Positions 39,861-51,710 of a stretch of DNA of 64,000 nt are shown piece after piece. How positions within the stretch are numbered: the stretch's first letter is position 1; each line of letters starts with the position of its first letter. The position numbers were made by a program, and so were the translations under genes. The stretch is from Octopus sinensis. Lineage: Eukaryota. The notes beneath the pieces were generated by a model. The model worked only from the letters and a program-made list of their open reading frames with translations, did no database searches and was not told the origin of the DNA. The stretch covers positions 30,070,001 to 30,134,000 of the forward strand of contig NC_042998.1 in assembly GCF_006345805.1 (NCBI RefSeq), written 5' to 3'.

Positions 39861-40159
39861 TAAACACATACATAGGAATATCTGATTTCCTATGCAGATA
39901 GATATATTGCATTGTCAGTTCAATTCGTCCGCTTTTCCTTCGCTTTTGTTTCATAAAATATTTTTGTATGAATTTACAACAAAACCACTTTTATCGCGGT
40001 GTTTTACGGTTTCCGTAGCGGAATCTTTCCTCTTCAACTTTTGGCTACTTGTAATTTGAATAAATTTTATCTCTTTCCAGGCATGTGAGTGCCTATTGGA
40101 AAAAGAAAACGAACGAAATTATCTGACAACTCACCATGAGCATATGAGCACATACAATA

Positions 40160-40380
40160 ATCCCCCGATATATCACGGTTCACCAATCGCGGTTTATTGT
40201 TTAAGCTTACGTCGATTACTTTCTTGGTGTTGTTTTTGCATTCATAATAAAATAAATACATACAAATTATAAAAATCATTTAAAAACATATACATCACAA
40301 TACTACTTCTACTTCGCGGACTTTCACCTATCACGGTGTTAGTGGGGCCTGGACCGCAACGCCCGCGATTTGAAAAATAC
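40160..40380. mobile_element. Possible Tigger/pogo-like MITE remnant
   Basis: Repeated TCACGG/TCGCGG motifs (CCCCCGATATATCACGGTTCACCAATCGCGG; TTCGCGGACTTTCACCTATCACGG; CCCGCGAT) typical of such MITEs; no intact TIR pair confirmed. Confidence 0.35.
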
Positions 40381-41309
40381 GGTTAGAAATCCCACAAATA
40401 CCTGCATTCATTTCTTATATTATTTTTGTATCGGAACTCCATGTCCGAATGGGCAATCATTTTACTATTTAAGGTTACATGAACGAGTGGCTGCTAAAAA
40501 CAGATAATCCACACTTCAATGAATGTAACACAGCCGACCATTTAAACAGCAGACTTTTTCTATCAGCTACTTCAGAAAGATGTCAATTCACGATATCTAG
40601 CTGCCGTGTTTTTGAATATCATTGGAATAAGTTAATATTTACAGAATTGTAACGGTAAAAGCTACTAATAACCTGCTTAGCTAAACAATCTTCTCATTTG
40701 AGCTCATTTGTAAGCAGTGGTCCTAGACCGATCAGTCTAATTTTACACACACTCACACGCACATATGTGCGTCTGTGTGTGTGTGAAATGAATGGAGTGC
40801 CAATGAAATAAAAATTGCATAATCAACTTCATTAGCTTCCGGACAGTTCTGCTATACGTCAGCGCTGGGTAAATGTGCTTCATTTTACAGCTTCCTCGGA
40901 GCATTTAAAATGAATATATATAACTTGAAAAATCTTTATAATTGAAGTGTTAAAAATACGTAAGTAATGGCATAAAACTTTATATATTTATGTACACACC
41001 TGTATATATAAATATAACTAGTGAGACAAACAGATGGTATAATTTCCATGACAAAATGTATCCGATTTAATTCAGAAACCTATAAACAAGAACATAGAAA
41101 ATGAATATGGGAGCTAGGGGAATTACTAAATAACGAACACTATTACTAACGAGTTCTTAAGTTTATCACGCAAATAAACGACATATTTTAAAGGATTTTT
41201 TCAAATAACCGTTGGTAACGATCGTGCATGTCTTTCAATAACAGAATTGCTATACTTTCATGTAATAAATATCCGTCATTTCTTCAGAAGCTGAAATTTA
41301 AACTCATGA

Positions 41310-41334
41310 TTTTATATATATGTATGTATGTATG

Positions 41335-41366
<32 letters not shown>

Positions 41367-41620
41367 TGTATGTATGTATGTATGTACGTATATATATATA
41401 TATGTATATATATGTGTACGTATGTATGTACGTATATATATATGTACGTATATATATATATGTACGTATATATATATGTACGTATATATATATGTATATT
41501 TGTATATATGTATGTATGTATATATGTATATATATGTATGTGTATATATGTATGTATATATGTATATATGTGCGTGCGGGTGTGTGTGTGTGTGTGTGTT
41601 GTGTGTGTGTGTGTGTGTAT
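41310..41620. repeat. (TATG)n/(TA)n/(TG)n microsatellite
   Basis: Direct inspection. Confidence 0.95.
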
Positions 41621-41829
41621 TTCTTTTCTTTTTTTCATTTTTAGTGTTGATATACATTTCTGTTGCTGAGGAATGATGAATATTTATTATACAGACTGTT
41701 CAAAAATTCTCACCGCAGTAAATATTTTATTGCTAAATTAATATTCATAAGATTGTATAAGACTACAAAATAATTTATTAGACTTTACAAACCCTTTAAA
41801 AACATTTATTAGGTGTTGGAAGTGCAGTC

Positions 41830-41939
41830 CTTCGTTTTCAATAAATAAGTAGACTTGTTTTGAAATACATCTTGGAGAGTGACTGTCGGAGATTCAGGAT
41901 GAAAAACATTGACTGCGGAGAGACTTTATGAACACACTG
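41830..41939 (-). mobile_element. Possible Tc1/mariner terminal remnant
   Basis: Reverse complement begins CAGTGTGTTCATAAAGTC, resembling CAGGGTG-type TIRs. Confidence 0.3.
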
Positions 41940-42159
41940 AATAAATGTGGAGACGGTGAAAGGAACAAATGGTTGTAGGCGTCCGTATATGGTAAGAAGC
42001 TTGCTCTCCAAACACCTAGTTCCAGGTTCAGTCCTAATAGGTGGCTCCTTGAGCAAAGGTCTTCCACTATATCCTCCGGCCGACCAGTACCTTGTTGGCG
42101 GTTTTGGTAGACAGAAACTAAAAGAAGCCCATTATATATATATATCGCCATGTTGATTC

Positions 42160-42350
42160 GCTAGCCTCTGCACGCATTTTTTTTCTCTCCTTCTTTCTGT
42201 ATTTCTTCTCTGTGTATCTTTCTGTTGAAGAGCGTAGGCTCGAAACGTTAAAGACTTGTTTTATTATATTTCCTGAGCGCCATACTAATACAATTGTTTG
42301 TTTGTATCCCACCTGCCTTCGTCTTTTGTCTATGTTCATAAAGCTTCCCG
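42160..42350 (+). mobile_element. Non-autonomous hammerhead-bearing repeat
   Basis: TCTTT-CTGTTGA-A-GAGC-GTAG-GCTC-GAAA-CGT-T-AAAGA at 42217-42254; downstream TTTCCTGAGCG...TAATAC shared with the 7085/7249 copies. Confidence 0.75.
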
Positions 42351-42402
42351 TTATATATATATATATATAATATATATATATATTTTTTTTTTTTATTTAT
42401 TT

Positions 42403-42895
42403 ATTATTGTATTTGGGGATAGTCACGTCGCCAGTTTAGCCAATGAAAACACACGCACTATATATCTGGTTTTCACTTGCTTCAGCTTTATTTTATATTA
42501 ACTCTATTTCGGACAGAGTTCTTTCGTCACACCTCTGTGACCTTGTTGCTGGTCCTTTGCTTTCTTCCTTTTTTTTGTGTGTCGCTCCTTACTAACGATC
42601 TGCCATTTTGTATTCCTGTTGCATGCGCAAATAAAGACATATACAACAGGATAAAAAATGGCAGATCATTGGTAAGGAGAGAAACAAAAAAAAGCAAAGG
42701 ACCACTGATGAAGTCACAGAAGTGTAACAAAACACCTCGCCGAAATATAATTAATATGAAATAAAGTTGAAGCAAGTGAACACCAAAGATATAGCGTGTG
42801 TGTCTTTATTGACCAAACCGGCAACATGACCATCCACAAATACAACAATATCTGTTTCAACACACGAATTCACATGAAGAATCTTACAAAACGAA
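42403..42895. mobile_element. Palindromic MITE-like element family P2 (about 450-bp imperfect hairpin)
   Basis: Arms about 42403-42625 / 42638-42850 around loop CGCAAATAAAGA; right terminus GTTTCAACACACGAATTCACA. Confidence 0.8.
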
Positions 42896-43142
42896 TATAT
42901 AAATGTATATATTTCTGTCTGTGTCTGTTTTTGTGTCGCTTTTTGTCCCTCACCACAGCTTAACAAGTAGTATTGGTGTGTTTGCATTCTCGTAACTTAG
43001 CGGTGCGATTTGAGAGAGAAAGACAATAAATATCAGGCTTTTGAAAAATAACGATTGTAGTTCGTTCATTCGTCTAAAAATTCCTGAATGCGATGCCTCA
43101 AAATGGTCGCTGTCTAATGACTGAAACAAGTGAATGATAAGC

Positions 43143-43215
<73 letters not shown>

Positions 43216-43226
43216 TGTATGTATAT

Positions 43227-43598
43227 AGGCGCAGGGGTGGCTGCATAGTAAGAACCTTGTTTCACAACCACATGGTTTTAGGTTCAGTCCCGCTGCGTGG
43301 CGCCTTGAGCAAATATTTTCTACTATAGCCACGGGCCGACCAAAACCTTGTAAGTGGATTTGCTAGACGGAAACTGAAAGAAGCCTGTTGTATATATTTG
43401 CATGTTTGTCATTTGTGTTTGTATCCCCCCCCAATCGCTTGAGAAACTATGTTGGTGTATGTACGTCCCCGTAAATTAGCGGTTCGGCAAAAGTAAACGA
43501 TAGACTAAGTACTAGGCTTACAAAGAATAAGTCTTCTGATCGATTTGTTCGACCAAAGGTGATGCTCCAGCATGGCCGAAATCAAATGACTAAAACAA

Positions 43599-43600
<2 letters not shown>
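43227..43600 (+). mobile_element. SINE-B, full length, diverged
   Basis: Colinear with other copies. Confidence 0.85.
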
Positions 43601-43637
<37 letters not shown>

Positions 43638-43640
<3 letters not shown>

Positions 43641-43860
43641 GGTTGGCCAAAAGTCAGCCGACTGTAAATCAAACTGCCATAAATACTTAATATTCAATTT
43701 TATTTACTCATTGCAATTATGAATTTATATGAGAAGGACGTCAGTTTAAACAATTTTCATCATGTTTCATATTTAGATGCCTTTTTCTAAATTCATTCAG
43801 TTGTTAAACATAAATACATCATGGAATTAAATGGTTTTGAGTTACTGTCAGGTGTCGTTT
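43638..43860 (+). mobile_element. Tc1/mariner terminal fragment
   Basis: TA|CAGGGTTGGCCAAAAGTCA immediately after a TA tract; no partner TIR found. Confidence 0.5.
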
Positions 43861-44289
43861 GGTCAACAATGTATGTATGTATGTGTGTATGTGTGTGTAA
43901 AAGAAAGTGAAGTTGAAAGGTACCGCACGAGTAGAAATAGATATGAAAACAATTTTAAAGATGTTTATTCACTTGAACGGTTTCACTTTTTTAGAAAAAG
44001 ATTGCCAAAGTAAAATGTAAAGCTTTGTTATAAAGTTTTGTTGTGTTAAGTACTGGTTCTCGCAAAAGTATTAAAATACATATATATACATTCTTTGATA
44101 ATAAATGATAAAACCAGTTTATAAGGAAGTAAACTGAGAAAATATTAAAAAGTTCGTTAAAAATATTAGGATTTCATTAAAAATCATATTTGTTTGCAAG
44201 TATATTTCCAAACAAACATGGTCGTTTAAAGAAAACAATAGCAACAATTACACACTGGGAGAGAGCTACTACGTCTGGCGATGACGTAG

Positions 44290-44712
44290 CGTCCCCGAAA
44301 GGATGAAAGGCAAAGTCGACCTCAGAACCTATTTCTTTACTGCCCCTAAGGGGCTAAACACAGAGGACAAACAAAGACAGACAAACGGATTAAGTCGATT
44401 ACATCGACCCCAGTGCATAACTGGTACTTAATTTATCGACCCCGAAAGGATGGACGGCAAAGTCGACCTCAGCGGAATTTGAAATCAGAACGTAACGGCA
44501 GACGAAATACCTATTTCTTTATTACCCACAAGGGGCTAAACATAGAGGGGACAAACAAGGACAGACATAACATCGACCCCAGTGCGTAACTAGTACTTAA
44601 TTTATCGACCCCGAAAGAATGAAAGGTAAAGTCGACCTCGGCGGAATTTGAACTTAGAACGTAACGGCAGACGAAATACCGCTAAGCATTTCGCCCGTCG
44701 TGCAAACGATTA
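44290..44712 (-). mobile_element. SINE-A stack (partial unit + two core/tail units + truncated head)
   Basis: Junctions 44329|44330 and 44511|44512. Confidence 0.9.
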
Positions 44713-46264
44713 TAAATATTATGAAATTAAACAAGAAAGAGTAGCACGGGTTTTCGTTTGTTAAAATTATTTTACATTTAGTCTATAATTAATTATATTA
44801 CTACTAAAACATTTGCGTTAAACTAGAAAAATAACCTCAAGCAAGCCTTTATATCTTTTGTTTATTTAGATAACGTTGAAAGAGCGAAGATAAATGCAGA
44901 CAATTTTTACCCTGCGAAGTAAATATCGAAAATATATTTAGTATAGAGCTTATTAAACGGGCCATTAAAATAATATTATCGAATGCTTAACGAAGAGCAA
45001 TATTAAATATCCCTGAAGCCAAGAAGTGTGTGCGTGAGTGTATGCATATTTGTACGTCCGTGCGCGCGTGTGAGATAACATGTGGAAAAAGAGAATGCAA
45101 GAATATAGGAAAACATGGAAAACATTATGATCGTGGACATGCTAGCTCAATTCCTGATTTTATTATTCTAAAAATAATAACAATTTCGAAATCTTCCGTC
45201 AATATTGCTCAATATATAGCATAAAAATAGATAGAAAATTTTTCTTGAAAACTAACATCGTGAACATAGACAAGCTAGGACCTAGAATTTAATTTATACT
45301 CTTAGATAAAGAGCTAGAAAAATAGGAACTGAGATCAGTGTTGAAATAAAACGGGTAATTTCGAAAGCGAAAAGAGCACATAATTCTTTTTAGGGGGAAA
45401 AATAGAGTATTAGTGAGTTGAGAGAAAGGCAGAGGGACGAAGAACCATTTAGAGAAAAAAGAGGTAGAGTAAGAATGGATGAATCGAAAAAGAAGTTGCA
45501 AGAAATTTGGAGATAAACAGATATGATGAAAGAAAGGCTGTAGAAAGAAAACCGTTAAATGAAGGTGACCAGTGAAAAGCTATGTGAAGTAGGGGAAACG
45601 GCAAGAAGAATTGTTAAGTGAAATCGGAAGACAAGGAAGGAAATAGGAAGGTAAGCTAAAGATCTAAGAGAGGGTATGTGGGTAGATACAAATGTAGAGA
45701 GAAAACAATGCCAGATGGAGAGAGAACTAGGAAATGTAGCAGGAAGTATGCAAAACAAAAACAGAGAAAGAATGACGGAAATAAAACGGTAGTTAGATAG
45801 TTAAGTAAAAAGACTTGACAATAACTGAACATGAGAATATATACATATATATATATATCATTTGAAAAAACATAGATTTGTAAAATAAAATTGGAAATTA
45901 AACAAGAGTTATAACATACCTTTTGAATTAATATGCTGCAGTATAAAGTTTGAAATTCTTCTTTATAGCACAACTGACAATTATAAACTGATTATTTTTC
46001 AGCGGCAATAAGCAACTATGGTCAGTCACATGCATTTCGCTTCTGCTGATTGGCATATCTCATTGATCATGATAATAACATGATACATCGGCTGGCATTT
46101 ATTTGTCGCAAGCACATAGCAAGATATTTTTTACTGTATCTTATATGTTTAATGATACCAGTTAAGCTGGATTATTTCGTTCTTTATTGGCAGAAATGAT
46201 TCGCTGACGAATAACCCTGTAATCGCTTATGATCTGATAAAAAGTCTGTAGAAAATGGTGACTT

Positions 46265-46500
46265 GATATATTGGTTTCAAATTTTGGAAGAAGGACAGCG
46301 ATTTCCAGTGAGTGGTAAGACGATTAATTCGATATGTCTACAGAAGTGCTCGAAAGGATGAGAAGCAAATCGACTCCGGTGGAATTTGAACTCATATCGT
46401 AAAGTCTCACAAAATGCCGCGAAACATTTTGCCCGGCGTGCTAACATTTCTTTTTTACTCTAGGGACACGGCCCGAAATTTGGGGGAAGGAGGCTTAATT
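46265..46500 (-). mobile_element. Degenerate SINE-A pieces (tail C copy followed by a tail B remnant)
   Basis: GGTTTCAAATTTTGG tail, GGAATTTGAACTC B box, CCCGGCGTGCTAAC head, then GGCCCGAAATTTGGGGGA. Confidence 0.6.
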
Positions 46501-47185
46501 ATCAAGCCCGATAATTAAGTTTGTTGCATACTAAAAATTTGAGAAAAACAACTGAGTTCATGTGGACAGTTTCGCACGTGTCACAGACTGTGTCTTCCGA
46601 AACGACCGCTTAGGTCTTCGACTGAATTCTTCAACAAATGATATGCCAAAAAATATTCAGAACTTCCAAAATTAACATACAGATATCTAATAATAGGTTT
46701 GTCATTACTATGCAGCTTTATGCAATTTCATATATATAACATTTCTTATTACACAGCGTATGCTAGTGGAAATATATGTCGCAGTTTCAATCACTTTGGT
46801 GGTCCCCAGCGTTCAGTTTGATACCCGCACCCTCTTTCTTCAATACACCCACCTGCCACCAAATGTCATACGGCACTGCAAAAATTGGGTATAAAAAACA
46901 CCAACTTTATAACAACGATAGAAACAGTAATTTCTATGGAATATGCATTAAACATTAGAAAATTACTATTTGTAACTCTCACAACGAGAGATATTCAGCA
47001 ACAGTCCTTTGTAGTAAAGATTGTTTACCAACATAACATGGCAGTTCTGCTTTATGACGAATGTTGCTCTAATTTAGCCCCAGGAGACATCATCTCCAGC
47101 TGGCTATACGACACAATGTGTCCTTATATTTTCGAACAAGAATGGGGGTGCTACATTCCTTTTTCGAAACATCTTTAAATATACT

Positions 47186-47465
47186 CACCGGTAAACTTTC
47201 CACTTATTTCTTTGTTTTTATTATCCTAAAATTTTCTTTGCGTCTTGCAAGTTTTCAATAGTCAAGACTATTGAAAAACTTGCAAGACGCAACGAAAATT
47301 TTAGGAAAATAAAAACAAAGAAATAAGTGGAAAGTTTAACGGTGAATGTGTTAAATTATGAGGCACAAAAAGAAAATGACTCTCCCAAGACGCAACAGAA
47401 TATGCTTCAACACACGAACTCACATAAATGATCTAGCAAACCAAATCCAAAAACGAAATATATCT
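47186..47465. mobile_element. Palindromic MITE-like element family P1
   Basis: Near-perfect hairpin 47186-47344 centred on TAGTC-AA-GACTA (47264-47265), then terminus CTTCAACACACGAACTCACA...CAAATCCAAAAACGAAATAT. Confidence 0.8.
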
Positions 47466-48470
47466 AAATAATCTTTTTTGTAATAAATGTGTAAAAGTAT
47501 TTTCTAGATACGGGTACTACCAACTACGTAATATCAAGTGCATTTTAATTTACCTTATTACTGAAAGAGAATTTGGAGTATTACGGCGGAGAATGATCTT
47601 AGAGGGCAACAGCGAGAATTGAATCGCGAGAAGCTGAGATAATAAACAAAAGACCGGAGAAGTGCAAAGGGAAGAAATAATAATTAGGAGTAAAGAGGGA
47701 AATTAGTACAACGTGAGTTATTACCTTGGGTTAAAGGAATGAAATTAAATCGAGAAATGAAGCTCGAAGGTGTCGTATGATGAAAGATAAAGCGGCAGTT
47801 AATATAATAAAGATTGGGAATTGTTAATCAAGAAAGAAGGTACAATATGAACGACTATTAGAGAAAAGATTAGATGTTACGGGAGCCACAATAAGAAAAC
47901 CTGATTCGAGTGACTGACCAAGAAATTAACTAAGGGATTAGGAAGTAAATGACAGGATATTATTACTGATTGGGGATAAGATTTTTGCTTATATTGTACG
48001 TCAAAATGGGCCGTAAAAATGTCCACGAGTACACTAATAGTGTCTTCAAATAAAATAATCACCGGAAAGCGTAACCGACGAGTGTTGATTTATTTAATCT
48101 TATTGCTGTATGGCCCTCCATATTTTAGCGAATGTCTCTCGTTGTAGAGGCATTTAATAGCGATAAACTGGACGGAAAATTCAAAGAACTTTACATCAAT
48201 CGTTCTCCTACGTTCAGAAAAGAGAGTGGAGGAAATGTAGTAACGTTATCAAATTATATCTCTAATTTGAAGCATTTTGATGCAAGGTAGAACGTCCTTG
48301 TATCAAAATCCTAATTAAAATTCTTTGAGCTTGCTCATTAAAGCAGGAAGGCACGGTGCTGATGGTCTGCATCACTTAGGTAACATTCTTTTACACAGCA
48401 TTTTCATTGAAGTTTCCCTAAGATAGCTACTCTGGGGAAAATAATTTAGTACTGCTATACTTTCAAACGT

Positions 48471-48675
48471 GAAGGTGCGTGGCTTAGTGGTTAGGGTGTT
48501 GGACTCATGAACGCAAGATTGTGGTTTCGATTCCTGGACCAAGCGATGCGTTGTTGTTCTTGAGCAAAACACTTTATTTCCTGTTGCTCCAGTGCACCCA
48601 GGTGTGGAACTTATACGCCACTGAAACCGGGAAACCGGCCCTCATGAACCTGGCATAGCTCCAACGAACAAACAA
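48471..48675 (+). mobile_element. SINE-C with internal deletion
   Basis: tRNA head GGTGCGTGGCTTAGTGGTTAGG...GGTTTCGATTCC; tail GGGAAACCGGCCCTCATGA...AACAAACAAC. Confidence 0.85.
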
Positions 48676-48777
48676 CATAATTTCAAACAATACTACTGGG
48701 CTCATAAAATAATGGTGTAAATTTTCTTCTGAAAAAAAAAAGGATTTTTGCAAACTTTATCATATTAATCTGCATTA

Positions 48778-48920
48778 GGAAGGTGACTGGCTGAATCATT
48801 AGCACGCCGAGAAATATGCTTTGCAGCAATTCGTCCGTCTTTATGTTCTGAGTTCAAATTCCACCGAAGTCTACTTTACCTTTCATCATTTCTAGCTTGA
48901 TAAATTAAGGGATTGATCTA
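48778..48920 (+). mobile_element. Old SINE-A copy interrupted by the Tx1 LINE (continues at 50376-50420)
   Basis: Head and core on the left; GGGATCGATCTAATCAACTAG resumes on the right. Confidence 0.7.
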
Positions 48921-50375
48921 TTTCTTTATTACCCACTAGGGGCGAACATAGATGGGACAATACAATCTGATGTTGGGGTCAGACACACGAATGGGTTTTA
49001 CAAAAAGGCGAATTTTAAAAATTTACAGAAATTTACAAAAATAGCAAGAAATCGAATGTTGGAACAGACCGGAAGACATTACGGGTGGAGTGGGTGCGGG
49101 TTTAGCTCTGACGCCACGAGCCCCGCCTCCCCACTGATACTTTTGGTTTCGTTTGGTTTTACATTTATGTTGTATCATTCACTCGCAACTTTCGTGCTAC
49201 ATCTTTCCATCGTTCTTCATACACTCTCTTAGTCAGGCATATTCTCTCCAGCCCTATCTTCCTTTTCAGGTGAAAGATGAAATAATTCATCAAACCAGGG
49301 CCGGAGATGAACTTGCCTGACTGTAGACCTTTCATTCTCGTCTTCCATATCACCTCTTTCGCAATTGCTACTACAACGAGAAAACGAAACTTACCTTCAT
49401 TCGCGAGGAAATCCGGTGGGTCAATTTTTGTAATCGACTCAGTCGACAGCTGTACTCTTCGTGTACTTGACAACAGCTGTTCGGCATAAACCCACACCTC
49501 AGACACGCCCGGACAATGAACAATAGCGTGCGGGACGGTTTCCCTGTCCCGCCCGCATCTTGGACATATCGGCCACCGTGCCTTGCGAGTTTATCCCGAA
49601 CAGGTAGAGCTCCTCTGTAGCATTGCCATGCCAGAGACATCTGGAAGTTGTCCAGATCTTCGGCTTGAACGTACGTCGGAACAGACTGGCCAGCTGATTA
49701 TCGTCGAGACCTAGGGTTTCCCCCAAGGTATCTTCACATTCCGCCTCTACCAACCCTCTATAGAAGAATGTGGTGGAACCCCCACCGCAGGCGTTACCCG
49801 AGCGACGGAATAGCAGTAGAGCCTTGCGACACTCCGTGTACCAAGTACCAAGTTTCGATCTACGATTCAGCCAGGTTTCCCATCCACCGAAACTAGTGAA
49901 CTTGGGAAACATCAGCTTTGCTAGCGGAGACCACACCCGTTCACCATCCAGATAGAGCCACAGATGTCTTAACCTCAGCGCATGTCTGCGCATCATCAGC
50001 CAAGGCATCCCTAGCCCACCCTTTAACGGTTGTTGACAGCAAGTAGAGCGTTTCACAAGTGGTTTCCCGCCCTTCCACAAGAAGTAGAAGAGCTGTCTTT
50101 CCAACTTGATCAACCACGAATCAGGGCAAGGAACGACGGAAAGGCGGTAGGTGATAACCGATGCGATAAACACATTGGCCACCTCCGCCCTCCCTTTCAG
50201 GGATAGCCACCGCCAAGACCAGGTCTTGGCTACTGCAGCCACCTTGCTCGTTACCTCGCCCCAATTCTTCTCTATTTGGAGGTCTGGACCGAACCAGACC
50301 CCTAGCAATTTAATCGGACCCTCCGTCCAACGTCCCACGACGCTGTCAGGAGGCATCGACTTGCCTCTCCGCACT
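48921..50375 (-). mobile_element. Tx1/L1-clade LINE, 5'-truncated, young (ORF2 C-terminal part)
   Basis: GPIKLLGVWFG, LSLKGRAEVAN, KGGLGMP motifs; cysteine finger CGRDRETVPHAIVHC; few frameshifts; 3' end AATAAAGAAATA; TSD GGGAT(T/C)GATCTA at 48909-48920 and 50376-50387. Confidence 0.92.
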
Positions 50376-50634
50376 GGGATCGATCTAATCAACTAGACAG
50401 TTCCGCCGACCTTGCCTGCCTTCTACCAAAATTTGAAACCATTTAAGCTACAATTTTTATAATTTGAATATATTTAAATCTAATTCGCTTCTTATGACTT
50501 TCATCTGTTTCTTCAATAATAAACTTAAATGATCCGTCTCAAGTAATTACCATTGATTTTGTGTCTTCTGCATTTTCATGTCGTTCTCTAACGTCTACTC
50601 TAGAATTTTTTTTCTTTTTCATTTAGCATTATGT

Positions 50635-50990
50635 AAGTTATTCAAATTCTTCATTAGTTACATTTGACGGATATTTGTTCTCATCTTGTTTGTTGTTAAC
50701 TCAACGTTTCGGCAATGTGGTTAAGAGCGCGAGCTACAAACACCGAGATACCGAGTTCAGTTCTAAGCAGTGACCTGAATAATAATAATAAGAAGAAGAA
50801 GAACAACAACAACAACATTGAAAAATACCTTAGGAATGAGAACCCGGGTTCGAAATTTATCCAAGATACCTGATGAAGTTTGGAGGGTATATCAGACGAA
50901 ACGTTGTCTTAACGACAAACAAGATGAGGACAAATATCCATCAAATGTAAATAATGTACATAATTCCTCATCTCTTAACTATAGAAATGT
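50635..50990 (+). mobile_element. tRNA-headed, hammerhead-tailed non-autonomous element with an inverted partial copy on its 5' side
   Basis: A box TGGTTAAGAG and B box GAGTTCAGTTC at 50711-50777, AAT/AAG/AAC repeats, then CTGATGA-A-GTTTGG..TCAGAC-GAAA-CGT-T-GTCTT at 50865-50910; 50640-50712 is the reverse complement of about 50897-50965. Confidence 0.7.
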
Positions 50991-51489
50991 ACCTCTTTAT
51001 GTAATCTAAAGTTTCTTTCTTTCTTTGTGTATGTTTTGGTGTATCGGTAATGGAGTCTGAACTTATTTTGTATGAAGGAAACTTTGAACCTACGCAGCCG
51101 ATTAATGAAACTTTATTTGTTATTTTGGAGCAAAACTAAAGATTCCATTTTAATGTAACGTATCGTAAGTGTAATTTAGGATCCTGATTCCCCGTGCTTT
51201 TAAGTTTTAGCTTTACTAAATGTCAAATTCTTGGCAAATTTATGAAACGAAGTAGAATAAAGTGTACATAGAATATATAGCATCCATTTCCCAAATAAAA
51301 TTTATGAAACATAAGTTTTAAGTGTGTTATAGAATTTAGCTTAGAGACTAAATCTTCTATTCCGAAAGTTTAAAAAATAGAAGCCATGTTGATAGTAAAT
51401 TATATTGCATATTTGTATTCGCATCGATATTTGTTATTATTTATTGAACACAGATGACAGGTATTGTCGATAGAAAAAATCTGTGTGCG

Positions 51490-51708
51490 TGTGTGTGTAT
51501 GTTTACATCTGTGTTTCCCCCCCACCCAGCATTGCTTGGCAACCGATGCTGGTGTGTTTACGTCCCCGTAACTTAGCGCTTCGGTAAAAGAGACCGATAG
51601 AATAAATACTAGGCTTACAAAGAATAAGTCCTTGGGTTGATTTGCTCAACTAACGACCGTGCTCCAGCATGGCCAGAGTCAAATGACTGAAACAATTAAA
51701 AGAGTACT
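51490..51708 (+). mobile_element. SINE-B 3' half
   Basis: GCATTGCTTGGCAACCGATGCTGG...TGACTGAAACAA. Confidence 0.85.
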
Positions 51709-51710
51709 CT

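Larger units (their letters stand above)
41972..43140 (+). mobile_element. Old SINE-B split by nested insertions (head 41972-42135, 3' half about 42910-43140)
   Basis: Both halves are homologous to SINE-B; the intervening elements sit in its internal TA tract. Confidence 0.75.

Noticed and set aside
41150-41280. Possible mariner transposase C-terminus
   Set aside because: Needs several frameshifts and no TIR was found.
45240-45960. Purine-skewed tract suggesting a decayed LINE (also 47560-48060 and 20250-21120)
   Set aside because: No translatable diagnostic motif could be recovered.
48128-48290. 53-codon open frame ending ...LYINRSPTFRKESGGNVV
   Set aside because: Only a faint resemblance to a LINE AP-endonuclease motif; too weak to annotate as gene or element.
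50711-50777. Genuine tRNA genes (here and in all SINE heads)
   Set aside because: A/B boxes are present, but acceptor stems are not intact and each continues into a repeat body.
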